Below are positions 25,736 to 35,533 of a stretch of DNA of 58,818 bases, piece after piece. The stretch is from the NCBI GenBank assembly GCA_964347685.1, contig CAYGAH010000026.1, positions 1 to 58,818 of the forward strand. The letters run 5' to 3'. Position 1 is the first letter of the stretch. Every line of letters starts with the position of its first letter. The translations under genes were made by a program, and so were the position numbers. This stretch comes from an uncultured Candidatus Bathyarchaeia archaeon. GTDB taxonomy: Archaea > Thermoproteota > Bathyarchaeia > TCS64. The notes under the pieces are model-generated. The model was given only the letters and a program-made list of their open reading frames with translations, was not told the origin of the DNA and did no database searches.

Positions 25736-25957
25736 CTATCTATACTGATTTCTCAGATGCTCCGCCACTTCCCTGGCCCACTCGCCCGTCTCCGGCCTTT
25801 TGAGGACCTGGTCGAGGAACTCAGCCCACTCTATCCCCAGGGCCCTACGCCAACCCTCATAGGCCTCCTTCAACCCCTCGTGGGCCCCGTGATGGTAGAC
25901 GCAGTAATCCGAGCCCTCGACCCGTTTCCCGCCGCAGACCCTACAGGTTTCCGCCAC
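25736..25957 (-). CDS. Small Cys/His-rich putative zinc-binding protein (73 aa)
   Basis: MAETCRVCGGKRVEGSDYCVYHHGAH followed by a helical Trp/Glu-rich tail. Its start overlaps the topA stop by 17 nt. Confidence 0.5.
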   Translation of the reverse strand: MAETCRVCGGKRVEGSDYCVYHHGAHEGLKEAYEGWRRALGIEWAEFLDQVLKRPETGEWAREVAEHLRNQYR

Positions 25958-28028
25958 CTTCGCCTCCCTTTTTGGATGGGCATTCTAAGTTTATACAGAG
26001 GTTCCTAGGGCGCCTTCCCCTCCTGATGATCTTGACGATGGGGGCCCCGCAGGCGGGGCACGGCTTGCCCGTGGCCTTTATCTTCCCTTCCTGGGGCAGG
26101 GGGTAGCTCTGGCTGCAGTGTCCGTCCTTGTAGTTGCTGCAGCCCGCGAATCGCTTCCCCGTCTTTGGGTTGGTGATGACCCTTATCTCGCCAGTCCCGC
26201 AGGTGGGGCACGAGCTTAGGGTCTCCTCCTTCCTCCTCTGCTCAACTATGGCCTCCTTCATCTCTGCGCCTATGAGCCCCTCCTTCTCCTTGAACTCCCT
26301 GAGGATGGGGTCGAGGACCTCTATTGCCTCCCGCACGACCCTGTCTCCGGCCATTTTCCCAGCCTCTATGAGTTCAAGGTCTCTCTCTAGCCTCCTAGTC
26401 ATCTCGACTGAGAGAATGTCTGGGCTGTACCTGCCCAGGGTTTCAGCTACCTTGAACCCCAGATACGTTATCCTGACGGGGTTGCCCTCTAAGTAACCCC
26501 TCTTGAAGAGGGTGTCCATTATGTCCGCCCTTGTCGCCTTGGTGCCTATCCCCTCGTCCTCCATGAGCTTCAGGAGGCTGCCCGGGTTGTATCGGCTCGG
26601 CGGCTTCGTATACCTCCTCCTGGAGCCCACCTTCGCCATGGGGACGATCAGCCCCTCCCTCAGGGCAGGGAGAGCCACCTCCTTCTCCTTGAGGTAGGGG
26701 GCGTAGAAGAGCCTCCAACCCTGCTCCAGTATCTGGCTACCCTTCAGGAAGAACCCGTACCCGTAGACATCGACCTCCGCGTTGACCGTCCTCCTCACGG
26801 CAGGGGCGGCTAGGCAGGCCATGAACCTCCTGCACACTAGGTCGTAGACCCGCTCCTCGACCCTGCCCAGCCTCCCGGGGAGGTTTCCGGTGGGGTAGAT
26901 GGCGGGGTGGGCCGGGTCGTCCTTCTCCCCCTGCCTGGGCCTTAGGCGGGGCTTCATGAGGAGCCTTTCAGCGAGGTCTGCGTAGGCTCGGCCGTTCCTC
27001 AGCTTCGTTAGTATTGAGCGGATGTCTATGGAGGGGGGAAGCCTCTGGCTGGAGGTCCTTGGGTAGCTGATGATGGCGTCCAAGTAGAGCCTCTCGGCGG
27101 CCCTCAGGGTGGTTCGGGGGGAGTACCCGAAGTGGCGGTAGGCCTCCCTCTGGAGGTCGCCTATGCTGAAGGGGGGCCAGGGGTACTGGTTCTGCTCCTT
27201 AGTGACTATGGAGGTTATTACGCCCTCCTTCCCCCTGCAGGCCTTCACTACTTCCCTTGCCTCCTCCTCGGTCTCGACCCGGGGCTTCTCGTACTCCAAG
27301 GGATACCTCTTGCCTGCTATTTCTGTCTCGGCCTGGACGACCCAGAATGGGGTGGGGACGAAACTCCTTACCTTGACCTCTTGCTCCTTGATGAAGGCGA
27401 GGGTGGGCCCCTGGACTCTCCCTATGCTCAGGGTCTTGTAGTACCCCGTTGCGTTCTTCACAGACAGGGTCAGTGCCCGGCTAAGGTTTATGCCGAAGAG
27501 CCAGTCCAACTCATGCCTTGCCTTCCCGGCGGTTACGATGGGGAAGTCGAGGCTGGAGGACATCTCATCCCAAGACTTCGCCAGGTCATGGTCTGTCAGG
27601 GTGCTGTAGTGCATCCTATTTGCCCTGCCCAAGCTCTCCTCCCCGCAGACGTATCGGAGTATGTTGTAGGCGATGAGGCTCCCCTCCATGTCGTAGTCGC
27701 AGGCGCTCACGTATTCCCCTACGCCCCTCGCCAGCCTCTCTATAACCTCTATGAAGTTCTTGGTCTTCGCCGCCGACTTGCTCGCCTCGTAGGCGGGAAC
27801 CCACTTCATCCCGTATACGGGGTAGGTCCACTTTCCGCCATCCTGAACTATCGAGTAGAGGTGGCCTAAAGCGGAGACAACCAGGAGCTCTCTTCCCTTT
27901 CTATAAGCAACATAATAGGGTACCCCTCTCTCCCGATAGCTCTCGGGCCCTCCGGCATCGTCCAGGGCCTGGGCTATCCTCCTTGCTGCGGTCGGCTTCT
28001 CACAGATTACGAGGGTTCGACCAGCCAA
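25941..28028 (-). CDS. topA: DNA topoisomerase I (type IA) with C-terminal zinc ribbons
   Basis: 695-aa ORF with Toprim (LVICEKPTAARRIAQAL, CDYDMEGS), the active-site Tyr motif ISYPRTSSQ, and C-terminal CPTCG...CSNY and CPACG...C ribbons. Confidence 0.92.
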   Translation of the reverse strand: MAGRTLVICEKPTAARRIAQALDDAGGPESYRERGVPYYVAYRKGRELLVVSALGHLYSIVQDGGKWTYPVYGMKWVPAYEASKSAAKTKNFIEVIERLARGVGEYVSACDYDMEGSLIAYNILRYVCGEESLGRANRMHYSTLTDHDLAKSWDEMSSSLDFPIVTAGKARHELDWLFGINLSRALTLSVKNATGYYKTLSIGRVQGPTLAFIKEQEVKVRSFVPTPFWVVQAETEIAGKRYPLEYEKPRVETEEEAREVVKACRGKEGVITSIVTKEQNQYPWPPFSIGDLQREAYRHFGYSPRTTLRAAERLYLDAIISYPRTSSQRLPPSIDIRSILTKLRNGRAYADLAERLLMKPRLRPRQGEKDDPAHPAIYPTGNLPGRLGRVEERVYDLVCRRFMACLAAPAVRRTVNAEVDVYGYGFFLKGSQILEQGWRLFYAPYLKEKEVALPALREGLIVPMAKVGSRRRYTKPPSRYNPGSLLKLMEDEGIGTKATRADIMDTLFKRGYLEGNPVRITYLGFKVAETLGRYSPDILSVEMTRRLERDLELIEAGKMAGDRVVREAIEVLDPILREFKEKEGLIGAEMKEAIVEQRRKEETLSSCPTCGTGEIRVITNPKTGKRFAGCSNYKDGHCSQSYPLPQEGKIKATGKPCPACGAPIVKIIRRGRRPRNLCINLECPSKKGGEGGGNL

Positions 28029-28194
28029 TACGCCTTCAAAAATTTAATGGCCCAATTAATATATTGAGTTACCTCGTACCCTGAGGACTCTTTTTTAAGA
28101 AACCCGTTATTTTATAGTTATAATGCCAGATGCGTATCGTCTCTTCAAGATACGTTTCAAGAGAGCAATCTCCAGGCATTCCGTGTGAGGTCGG

Positions 28195-28746
28195 ATGAAC
28201 ACGATAAGCGCCGTCTACTCGGAGAGGAGGATCGTCGTCCCAGCTCAGAGCGACGCAGACAGCTTGTATCAGGACGGGTATGGCTCCAAGGTCGACACCA
28301 AGGTGCTCGCCCTTGAATCCTACGAGGCTCTGTACCTTGTTGAGAGAGGGAAGGTCGCAGTCGTCGATGAGGCGACCGGGAGAAGGCTTGTCTTACAAGA
28401 GCTCCTGTGGAAGCTCTCCCCTAAGGACCCCAACTTGTGGACCAGGTACCTGGTTTACAGGGATCTCAGGACGAGGGGCTTCGTGGCGAAGGGTGGGCCC
28501 GGCCTCGGCGTAGACTTCAACGTCTACGAGAGAGGCGCATACGGCAAGAAACGGCCCAGCTACGTGGTCTACGCCATCTGGGAGGGCGCCCCCGAGGCCA
28601 TCGGGCGCCTGGAGAAGGTCCTAGAGGATGTTGAGGTGTCGGGGAAGTCCCTTAGGCTCGCAGTCGTAGACAGAAGGGGTGAGGTCGTCTACTATACCCT
28701 ATCGGAGATGGGCTTCGAGAGTGAAGAAGAAGACGACGGTTCGTAG
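28195..28746 (+). CDS. endA: tRNA-splicing endonuclease (tRNA-intron lyase)
   Basis: 183-aa ORF with YLVERGKVAV ... RYLVYRDLRTRGFVAKGGPGLGVDFNVYERG ... SYVVYA, the typical EndA catalytic domain. Confidence 0.88.
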   Translation: MNTISAVYSERRIVVPAQSDADSLYQDGYGSKVDTKVLALESYEALYLVERGKVAVVDEATGRRLVLQELLWKLSPKDPNLWTRYLVYRDLRTRGFVAKGGPGLGVDFNVYERGAYGKKRPSYVVYAIWEGAPEAIGRLEKVLEDVEVSGKSLRLAVVDRRGEVVYYTLSEMGFESEEEDDGS

Positions 28747-28754
28747 GACTCGGG

Positions 28755-30044
28755 CTACTTAAGTGCCTCTACCAGCTCTTCCAGCTTTACCCTACTCTGT
28801 TCCCCCGTCTCCATATCCCTGACGGCCACGCAGCCCTCTTCAAGCTCACTCTCCCCGACTATGATCACCTTCTTGAACCCCCTACTGTTCGCGTATTCCA
28901 TCTGCCTCGACAGCTTCCGCTCCATGAGGTCAAGCACCGTCGGGATGCCCGCGCCCCGCAGCTCCTGCGATATTTCTATCGCCTTGGGCCTAACGGAGTC
29001 CGACACCGGTGCCACGTAGACACCCACTCCGAGGTACATCTCCTCGAAGGCGCTCTTCCTCTCCAGAAGCAGAACCAGCCTGTCGATGCCGAAGGAGATG
29101 CCCGTCGCCGGGGTTGGCTCGCCCCCGAAGAGTTCGATTATCTCGTCATATCTTCCGCCGCCGGAGATGCTACCGTAATCTTCGTATCCCTTGGCGTATA
29201 TCTCAAAGACGGGGCCCGTGTAGTAGTCGAGGCCCCTGGCTAGGCTGAGGTCGACAACGATATAGTCGTGGAAGCCGAAGGGCTTGGAGTGCTCGACTAT
29301 GCCCCGGAGGGCGTTGCAGCCCTCGATCCCCACGGGTATGCCCTTCAGGGTATCCAGTGTCTTCTCGATCACTGATCCCGGCTCCCCCTTCAGGACGATG
29401 AGGTCTAGGAGCCTCTCGGAAGCCTCCTGATCCGGCGTGATGCTGGAGAGTTCCTCGATTATGGACTCTCTCCCCGTCTTGTCCAGCTTGTCGATGGCCC
29501 TGAAGATGTCCAGAGCTCTCTCCTTGGGCATGCCAACATACTCGACGAAGGCGTTCAAGATGCGCCTGTCGTTAAGCCTGACCATGAAGCCCTCGAAACC
29601 CAGCCTCCTGAGGCAGTCCACGGCGACGGCTATCGATTCTGCGTCAGCGATGGGATCGGCGACCCCGACGATGTCTGCGTCTGCCTGCCAGAACTCCCTG
29701 TAGCGGGACTCGGAGGGGCGCTCGTACCTCCAGACGGGGCCCATCGCGTACCTCTTGAAGGGCATGGGGAGTTCCCTGTGGGTGGCTACGACCCTGGCGA
29801 GGCTGGCTGTCCACTCGAACCTGAGGCCCAGCTCCCTCTCGGACTTGTCCTTGAAGTAGTAGATCTGGTTGACGATGTCCTCCCCGCTCTTTATCTTGAG
29901 CATCTCCCAGCTCTCGAAGGCCGGGGTGCCCAGGGGCTCGAAGCCATAGATCTCGTAGACCTCCCTTATGCGGTCCAGCACCCAGTTCCTCTTGAGCATC
30001 TCCTCCGGGAGGAAGTCCCTTGTCCCTCTGGGCGGCTGAAACAT
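28755..30044 (-). CDS. hisS: Histidine--tRNA ligase
   Basis: 429-aa class II aaRS with PRGTRDFLPEE, YAMGPVWRYERPSESRYREFWQADADIVG, ISGGGRYD and GISFGIDRL. Confidence 0.93.
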   Translation of the reverse strand: MFQPPRGTRDFLPEEMLKRNWVLDRIREVYEIYGFEPLGTPAFESWEMLKIKSGEDIVNQIYYFKDKSERELGLRFEWTASLARVVATHRELPMPFKRYAMGPVWRYERPSESRYREFWQADADIVGVADPIADAESIAVAVDCLRRLGFEGFMVRLNDRRILNAFVEYVGMPKERALDIFRAIDKLDKTGRESIIEELSSITPDQEASERLLDLIVLKGEPGSVIEKTLDTLKGIPVGIEGCNALRGIVEHSKPFGFHDYIVVDLSLARGLDYYTGPVFEIYAKGYEDYGSISGGGRYDEIIELFGGEPTPATGISFGIDRLVLLLERKSAFEEMYLGVGVYVAPVSDSVRPKAIEISQELRGAGIPTVLDLMERKLSRQMEYANSRGFKKVIIVGESELEEGCVAVRDMETGEQSRVKLEELVEALK

Positions 30045-30183
30045 TTCGAAGCTATAGGGGGATCGTTTCTATTTGAAAATATTGTTAATTTGTTACCCCT
30101 GAGAAATGGATTTTCTTACCAAGATCAATGGCGGGTTTTATTGTTCATCAAACGAGAGGCTGCGCTTCGGGGAAACTACACAA

Positions 30184-30687
30184 TTAAAAATGTAGACGTC
30201 TGTCTACTTTGACCACCTCAAGAACCTTGGGGCAAACAAACCAGGTTAGGAGGAGGCCCGAGGCGAAAGACACGAGATACATGAAAGCCAAGACCGCAGG
30301 CGACAACCCCCGCAGCAGGAACTGGACCACGAAGACGTTGCTCGACGAATAAAAGCCACCGTCCAGGTACATGGACGATTTTCTTCCCCTCCCCAAGGCG
30401 GCGAGGGTCAGATCGGCGACGACCCCCTCAACGGCAGATATCATCAAGGCGAAGACACTGTGGAAGCTGAAGAGCGTGACCTCAACGAGCCCCTTTAGGA
30501 CCCCCGTCATGAAGGCCGCGCCCATCCTGTCCACGAGCACAGATGCAAGAACTATCCATAGCACGTGTAACCCAGACAATATCTGGGGGGAGCCGAGAGG
30601 CATCCCAGGAAAGGCGTTCAAGAGGTTCCCCAGGTGGCCGATTGGGACGCTGGCGACGCCGCCGATGGCGCTGAGGATCACGATCAT
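30184..30687 (-). CDS. ECF S-component-like / small polytopic membrane protein
   Basis: 167-aa hydrophobic ORF with about 5 predicted helices. An in-frame upstream stop excludes extension. Confidence 0.45.
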   Translation of the reverse strand: MIVILSAIGGVASVPIGHLGNLLNAFPGMPLGSPQILSGLHVLWIVLASVLVDRMGAAFMTGVLKGLVEVTLFSFHSVFALMISAVEGVVADLTLAALGRGRKSSMYLDGGFYSSSNVFVVQFLLRGLSPAVLAFMYLVSFASGLLLTWFVCPKVLEVVKVDRRLHF

Positions 30688-30796
30688 CGAGAGTTCACGG
30701 GACTTGAACCTGCGGTTTGACGTGTCTTATGACGCCTCTTTCAAGGGCTTCCCCAGACTAATGGCATACTCGTTGTTTAATAGCTGTCTGGCTCAG

Positions 30797-31444
30797 CTAA
30801 TAGGCTAACGAAGTCTCAACCCTTTCGACCCCTCTTCCAGGGTTCTTCCTCTTCAGCCTGACCGCACCGATCTCGGAGGTGTTCCTGACGTGGGTCCCGG
30901 CGCAGTGCATCTCCACGGGCCCGCACCTCCACACCCTGATCCAGGGCTCGTCAGGGTCCGGGGTTATGGAGACCTCGTGCCCCTCCGCCAGGAACCTGTT
31001 GGTCTCCTCCTCCACCCTCTTCAGATCGTCGGCCGGGAGCCTGCCATCATAGACGTAGTCGGCCCTGTCTTTCCTGTCGTCCACGAGGGAGCCGACCCGC
31101 TCTAGCTCTCCCAACCTCCTCCATAGGAAGTGCTCCATTATGTGGGCCGCCGTGTGGAGCTTCATTATCCTGTATCTTCTCTCCCAGTCTATCTCTCCCA
31201 CTATGGTGTCGCCCACGTTGAACTCCGGGGGCTCCTCAAGTATGTGGACGATTTTATCATCGCTGATCTGGGTATCTGTGACCCGTGAATCTCCCATAGT
31301 TCCGGTGTCACTCACCTGCCCTCCGCCCTCCGGGTAGAAAGCGGTCTTGTCCAGCTCGACATTGCTGCCCTCGATGACCAGAACTTTGGCCTGGAAGCTA
31401 TTGAGGTATGGATCGTCATTGTAGAGTTTGACGGTCCCCGGCAT
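30797..31444 (-). CDS. alaX: Alanyl-tRNA editing protein AlaX (AlaX-M type)
   Basis: 215-aa ORF with the zinc motifs HTAAHIMEH (HxxxH) and CAGTHV (CxxxH). Confidence 0.85.
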   Translation of the reverse strand: MPGTVKLYNDDPYLNSFQAKVLVIEGSNVELDKTAFYPEGGGQVSDTGTMGDSRVTDTQISDDKIVHILEEPPEFNVGDTIVGEIDWERRYRIMKLHTAAHIMEHFLWRRLGELERVGSLVDDRKDRADYVYDGRLPADDLKRVEEETNRFLAEGHEVSITPDPDEPWIRVWRCGPVEMHCAGTHVRNTSEIGAVRLKRKNPGRGVERVETSLAY

Positions 31445-31454
31445 AGGGAGCCTC

Positions 31455-32873
31455 CTAGAAGACGCCCCTCAGGAAGGGGTAAAGGTCCTCCACCTGTTCC
31501 TGGACCAGCGTCTGATAGTACTGGTAGAGGATGCTCACGCAGAGGAGAGCTCCCATGCCCGAGCCGAAGACGCCGAAGAAGTCAGAGACCGCCGCGAGGA
31601 GCCCGACGATCATGCCTCCTATTATCGTGATCGTGGGGATATACCTGTTGAGCAGCTTTACTATGGGCTGCCTGCTCCTCCTGAACCCTGGCACCTGCAT
31701 CCCTGACGCTAAGAGCTGTTCAGCCATCTGGTCTGCCCCGAGCCCGCCGATCTCCAGCCAGGTCATGGAAAAGGCGACGCATATGCCCACGACTATCAGG
31801 GTGTATATAAGCGCCCTCAAGGGCGCGGCGGCTACTGCGCCCAGGTTTCCCGGGGATGTGACGTAATATACGAGGCCGCCGGTCGGTACGAGTCCCTGTG
31901 TCGTCTGGTTGTATGTGGCGAAGAGGTTCAGCAGCATGTTGGCGTTGTTCGTGTTCCACCTCACCCATACGAACTGGCCGAACAGCTGGAAGTTGGCGAA
32001 GAGGGCGTAGGCTAGGATCACGGGGATGTTGGAGACGTATAGGAGCTTTATGGGCATCCTCCCCCTGTAGCCCCTGAACATGGAGTGGCTTATAGGCATC
32101 TCGACCCTCATCCCCTCCACGTACACGACGAAGGCGAAGACCGCGACGGTCGTGAGGAATCCTATCATGTTGGGCCATCCTCCGGGTCTGTAGAACAATT
32201 GTGAAACAGGCTCCCGTTTAAGGATCGACTGTATGAAGGCGAATATGGCGCCGTACATCTTACCGTCCCCAACCGTGACGAGGCTGAAGGAGCTCCAGAA
32301 GATGTTCTGAGCTATCCCCGCGACGATGAAGAGGCTTATCCCGCTTCCAATGCCCCATCCCTTCTGAAGCAGCTCGTCGAGCATCATGATGACTAAGCCC
32401 GCCGCCAGCAGCTGGCCGAACAGGAGTATCGACTGGCCGAAGGTGACGCTTCCGAAGGCACCGGCCACTATGTACATGGATGCCTGCACTATCACCATTA
32501 TTAATGAGAAGACCTTGCTCGCCGTCGTGAAAAGTCCTCTGTCCTCCGGGCTTGACCTGTCGAACTCTATTAGTTCTGAGCCGGCGAGGAGCTGTATTAT
32601 GAGCCCTGCGGTGACTATCGGGCCTATGCCCAGCTCCAACAGCGTCCCATGGTTCTGGGCGAAGATGATCCTCATCGTGTTGAGATACGGACTGTCCTCC
32701 GTCGGTGGCACTCCGTATAGGGGTGTCTCCGCCATTATGAGGTATATTATTAGGGCGAGGGCCGTCCAAATGAGCCTGCTGTTGAAGCTAACCTTCCTCT
32801 CGGGCGGCTTCACCTCTGGTATGAAGGGGGATATCGGCTTGAAAAGCTGTAGGAAGCGCCCCATCCCAATCAC
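31455..32873 (-). CDS. secY: Preprotein translocase subunit SecY
   Basis: 472-aa 10-TM ORF at the conserved position after uL15. Contains GTLLELGIGPIVTAGLIIQLL. Confidence 0.95.
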   Translation of the reverse strand: MIGMGRFLQLFKPISPFIPEVKPPERKVSFNSRLIWTALALIIYLIMAETPLYGVPPTEDSPYLNTMRIIFAQNHGTLLELGIGPIVTAGLIIQLLAGSELIEFDRSSPEDRGLFTTASKVFSLIMVIVQASMYIVAGAFGSVTFGQSILLFGQLLAAGLVIMMLDELLQKGWGIGSGISLFIVAGIAQNIFWSSFSLVTVGDGKMYGAIFAFIQSILKREPVSQLFYRPGGWPNMIGFLTTVAVFAFVVYVEGMRVEMPISHSMFRGYRGRMPIKLLYVSNIPVILAYALFANFQLFGQFVWVRWNTNNANMLLNLFATYNQTTQGLVPTGGLVYYVTSPGNLGAVAAAPLRALIYTLIVVGICVAFSMTWLEIGGLGADQMAEQLLASGMQVPGFRRSRQPIVKLLNRYIPTITIIGGMIVGLLAAVSDFFGVFGSGMGALLCVSILYQYYQTLVQEQVEDLYPFLRGVF

Positions 32874-33331
32874 TCAGATTCTACTATGGACCCGCCCGCC
32901 GCCTCCACCTTCTCGAGGGCCCTTGATGAGTACGAAGCCACCCTGAGCTTCAGCGGTATGCCTATGGAACCCCTGCCGAGGAGCTTTTCCACCCCCAGCG
33001 CTTTGAGGTCCAGCTCGGCTCCCTCATTTACGGCCTCGGCTCCAAGCGTCCTGAGCACAAGGTCCTCTAGCTCGCCCACGTTGATGGTCTCTTGGGCTGG
33101 CTCAAGGCTCGAGGGGGGCTTGAACCCTATCTTCCTGTACCTGTTGGGCTCGTACTTGACCGTGCGGATCCAGAAGTGCTTCTTCCCCCCGGCTTTTCCC
33201 ACCCCGCCCCTGCCGCCGGACTTCCTGTGCTGGCCCACCTGGCCCCAGCCCATGTACCTCGAGCCACGCTGCTTCCTCACCTTCCTATCCTTGTGCGGCA
33301 AGCTTTCACCCTCCGTATGGACTGGCTCCAA
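32870..33331 (-). CDS. rpl15: 50S ribosomal protein uL15
   Basis: 153 aa with RGSRYMGWGQVGQHRKSGGRGGVGKAGG. Operon position supports the call. Confidence 0.93.
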   Translation of the reverse strand: MEPVHTEGESLPHKDRKVRKQRGSRYMGWGQVGQHRKSGGRGGVGKAGGKKHFWIRTVKYEPNRYRKIGFKPPSSLEPAQETINVGELEDLVLRTLGAEAVNEGAELDLKALGVEKLLGRGSIGIPLKLRVASYSSRALEKVEAAGGSIVESE

Positions 33332-33369
33332 GAATAATTACTTGTAGCATATAAATCAAGCTTTTTTTT

Positions 33370-33843
33370 CTAGCACATCCTCTCTGCAAGCTCGTTTATA
33401 GCCTCTCCCCGGTAGCCAAGCTCCCCGCTGTCGGCATATGCACGCTTAACGGTCTTCCTGAAACCCTTCCTTGGCGGGTGGAGCCTGAAGAAGGGCTTCA
33501 CGCCCTCCAGCTTGTGGAACTCAGCATTGCAACTGTGGATGGCCTCCGCTAGTTCATCCAGGCTCGTGTACCCGAGGGCCTTCAGGGCCTCCTCGCCGAT
33601 CCTCCTCCCGCCGGGTGCCTCCCCCCGCTTTTCAAGCAGGAGGCGGATCGTCTCCACAGTGGGCTCGCCCCATGTGACGTAGTCCTTGGCCATCTGAAGC
33701 ATCCCCAGGTAGGACGGCCTGTCGTCCAGGATTGTGGCGTAGTTGTTCCTGTCCATCCTGAGCATCCGGAGGGCGTCCTCGACCCTCCTAGGGGCGTTGA
33801 CACCTCCCCTGATCCTGACGGCCAACAGGCTCTTACCACCCAT
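33370..33843 (-). CDS. rpl30: 50S ribosomal protein uL30
   Basis: 157 aa with LLAVRIRGGVNAPRRVEDALRMLRM. Operon position supports the call. Confidence 0.93.
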   Translation of the reverse strand: MGGKSLLAVRIRGGVNAPRRVEDALRMLRMDRNNYATILDDRPSYLGMLQMAKDYVTWGEPTVETIRLLLEKRGEAPGGRRIGEEALKALGYTSLDELAEAIHSCNAEFHKLEGVKPFFRLHPPRKGFRKTVKRAYADSGELGYRGEAINELAERMC

Positions 33844-33844
33844 A

Positions 33845-34495
33845 TTACATCGACCAGTCCCTTGGTGTCATTATCTTGGCGGTCTGCTTCAGGGCCTCGA
33901 ACGTCGCGAAGGCGAAGGAGGTCGTCGTCGCTGTGGCTCCTATCGACTTGGACCAGCAGTCCTTTATCCCCGCAAGCTGGAGCACGGCCTTGGCGGTGTC
34001 CCCAGCCACGAGCCCCAGCCCCTTTGGGCCCGGCAGCAGAGTGACTACGACGCTCCCCTGCTTCCCGGTAACCTTGAATGGCAAGGAGTGGGGCTCCCCA
34101 CAGTCGCACTCCCAGCTCCCGCAGCCCCTCCTTATCGGGTAGAGGTTGAGCTTCGCCTCCCTGACCCCCTTCTCTATGGCGTTCCTCACCCTGCTGGCCC
34201 TCCCCGCGCCGAGGCCTATGAGGCCTTCGCCGTTCCCCACGGCGACTATCGCCCTGAACGTAGAGGACTCCCCAGCGTCCGTTTGCTTCTGCACCAGGTT
34301 GATGTCTATGACCTCGTCCCTGAGGTCGGGGACAAGGATGTCTATTATCTCGACCTCCTTAATGGGGTAGCCCTCCATGAATATCTCGCTGACGGAGGAT
34401 ATCTGTCCCTCAAGGACCATCATGCCCAGCTGGGTCTTGGGCTTCCAGGACTCGAGCACCTCCTCCTGCCTCGTCCTTCTCCTCCCCCGGCTCAC
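33845..34495 (-). CDS. rps5: 30S ribosomal protein uS5
   Basis: 216 aa with AIVAVGNGEGLIGLGAGRASRVRNAIEKG. Confidence 0.95.
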   Translation of the reverse strand: MSRGRRRTRQEEVLESWKPKTQLGMMVLEGQISSVSEIFMEGYPIKEVEIIDILVPDLRDEVIDINLVQKQTDAGESSTFRAIVAVGNGEGLIGLGAGRASRVRNAIEKGVREAKLNLYPIRRGCGSWECDCGEPHSLPFKVTGKQGSVVVTLLPGPKGLGLVAGDTAKAVLQLAGIKDCWSKSIGATATTTSFAFATFEALKQTAKIMTPRDWSM

Positions 34496-35082
34496 CCTCC
34501 ATGCGCCTCCATTATCCTTTCCTTGACCTCCTCGAAGTGGTCGGGCAACGCCTCGGGCTTCAGCCCCCTGCGGAGGTAGACTGAGAACCTCCGCTCGTAC
34601 TCGAAGGGGTCCTCGATGCTTTCAGCATACTCGGCTATGCTGCCGCCTCTCATCCTCTCGGGTGGGGGGAAGACGTCGCTGTCGCAGGGGACCTCCAGGC
34701 CCGCGTCGTTCGCCCCCTTCACAACTGCGAAGACCTTAGAACCCCTCGTAGGTCTCTTGAGCCCGATGTCCAGGATGGCCCTCTCGACTCCGACTCCCAG
34801 CGCCCTCTTGCCCGCTATCATTCCCAGAAGGTAAGCCGCTGGGGTGTTCTTGCTCCCCCCCTGCCAGTCGTAGTCCTCGACCAGTTCCTCGGAACTCGCC
34901 TGCGTGATGACGATGTCGCCATCTGTCTTCGACTCGACCACTTGCACGGTCACGTTGTTGTTCGAGGCTCTCACCACGAACCTGGGGTACCCCGATGTGG
35001 CCATCACCCTCCTGACCCTGTAGTCGGTCTTGTTCTCCCGCCTCCTCCTGTATGGCACCCTGTACCTCGGTCCCTTAGCCAA
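34492..35082 (-). CDS. rpl18: 50S ribosomal protein uL18
   Basis: 196 aa with MAKGPRYRVPYRRRRENKTDYRVRR. Confidence 0.95.
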   Translation of the reverse strand: MAKGPRYRVPYRRRRENKTDYRVRRVMATSGYPRFVVRASNNNVTVQVVESKTDGDIVITQASSEELVEDYDWQGGSKNTPAAYLLGMIAGKRALGVGVERAILDIGLKRPTRGSKVFAVVKGANDAGLEVPCDSDVFPPPERMRGGSIAEYAESIEDPFEYERRFSVYLRRGLKPEALPDHFEEVKERIMEAHGG

Positions 35083-35533
35083 AGGTCCTCCTCCTCAGCC
35101 TCTGATCTGTGATGTAGCGCTCCAGCTCCGCGACGCTCCTGAACTCCCCGCCCTTCGCCTTCCTGTACAGGTCCCTGTAGGTGCTGACCGTGATGACCCT
35201 CCGGTCCCTGAGGTCCATGAGCTTCCCGCGGAGGGCCCTGATCCTGTTGATCCACCTGGTTTTTCTAGGAACGACGGAGTATTTCCCTCCCTTCCTGCTG
35301 CCGGGCCCTCTCCTCCTCCCAGCCCTTTTCTTCGCGGCCAGCTCCCTGGCCCTCGCCCTGCTCTGGCTCTTCTCGGGCGCGGCCCTTATAGCGCCCTCGT
35401 GTATGAGCTTCCTTATCTCCTCTCGGGTGATGGCCATCTCCACGTCTTCGGCCCTCTCGGGGTCTATCCAAACCCTGTTCTCGCCCACATCGAGGATCTC
35501 GGCGGCCAGCCTCCTCTGGCTCTTGAGGTTCAC
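35075..35533 (-). CDS. rpl19e: 50S ribosomal protein eL19
   Basis: 152 aa with MNLKSQRRLAAEILDVGENRVWIDP. Confidence 0.95.
   Translation of the reverse strand: MNLKSQRRLAAEILDVGENRVWIDPERAEDVEMAITREEIRKLIHEGAIRAAPEKSQSRARARELAAKKRAGRRRGPGSRKGGKYSVVPRKTRWINRIRALRGKLMDLRDRRVITVSTYRDLYRKAKGGEFRSVAELERYITDQRLRRRTFG

Noticed and set aside
30690-30727. The minus-strand sequence CGCAGGTTCAAGTCCCGTGAAC resembles a tRNA T-arm (GGTTCAAGTCC), just upstream of the membrane-protein gene. It could be a tRNA gene or an integration-site remnant.
   Set aside because: The flanking 5-mers (GCAGG/CCCGT) do not form a clean T-stem. I could build no matching acceptor stem, D-arm or anticodon arm in the surrounding ~100 nt. 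This is most likely a chance match, and tRNAscan-SE or ARAGORN would settle it.
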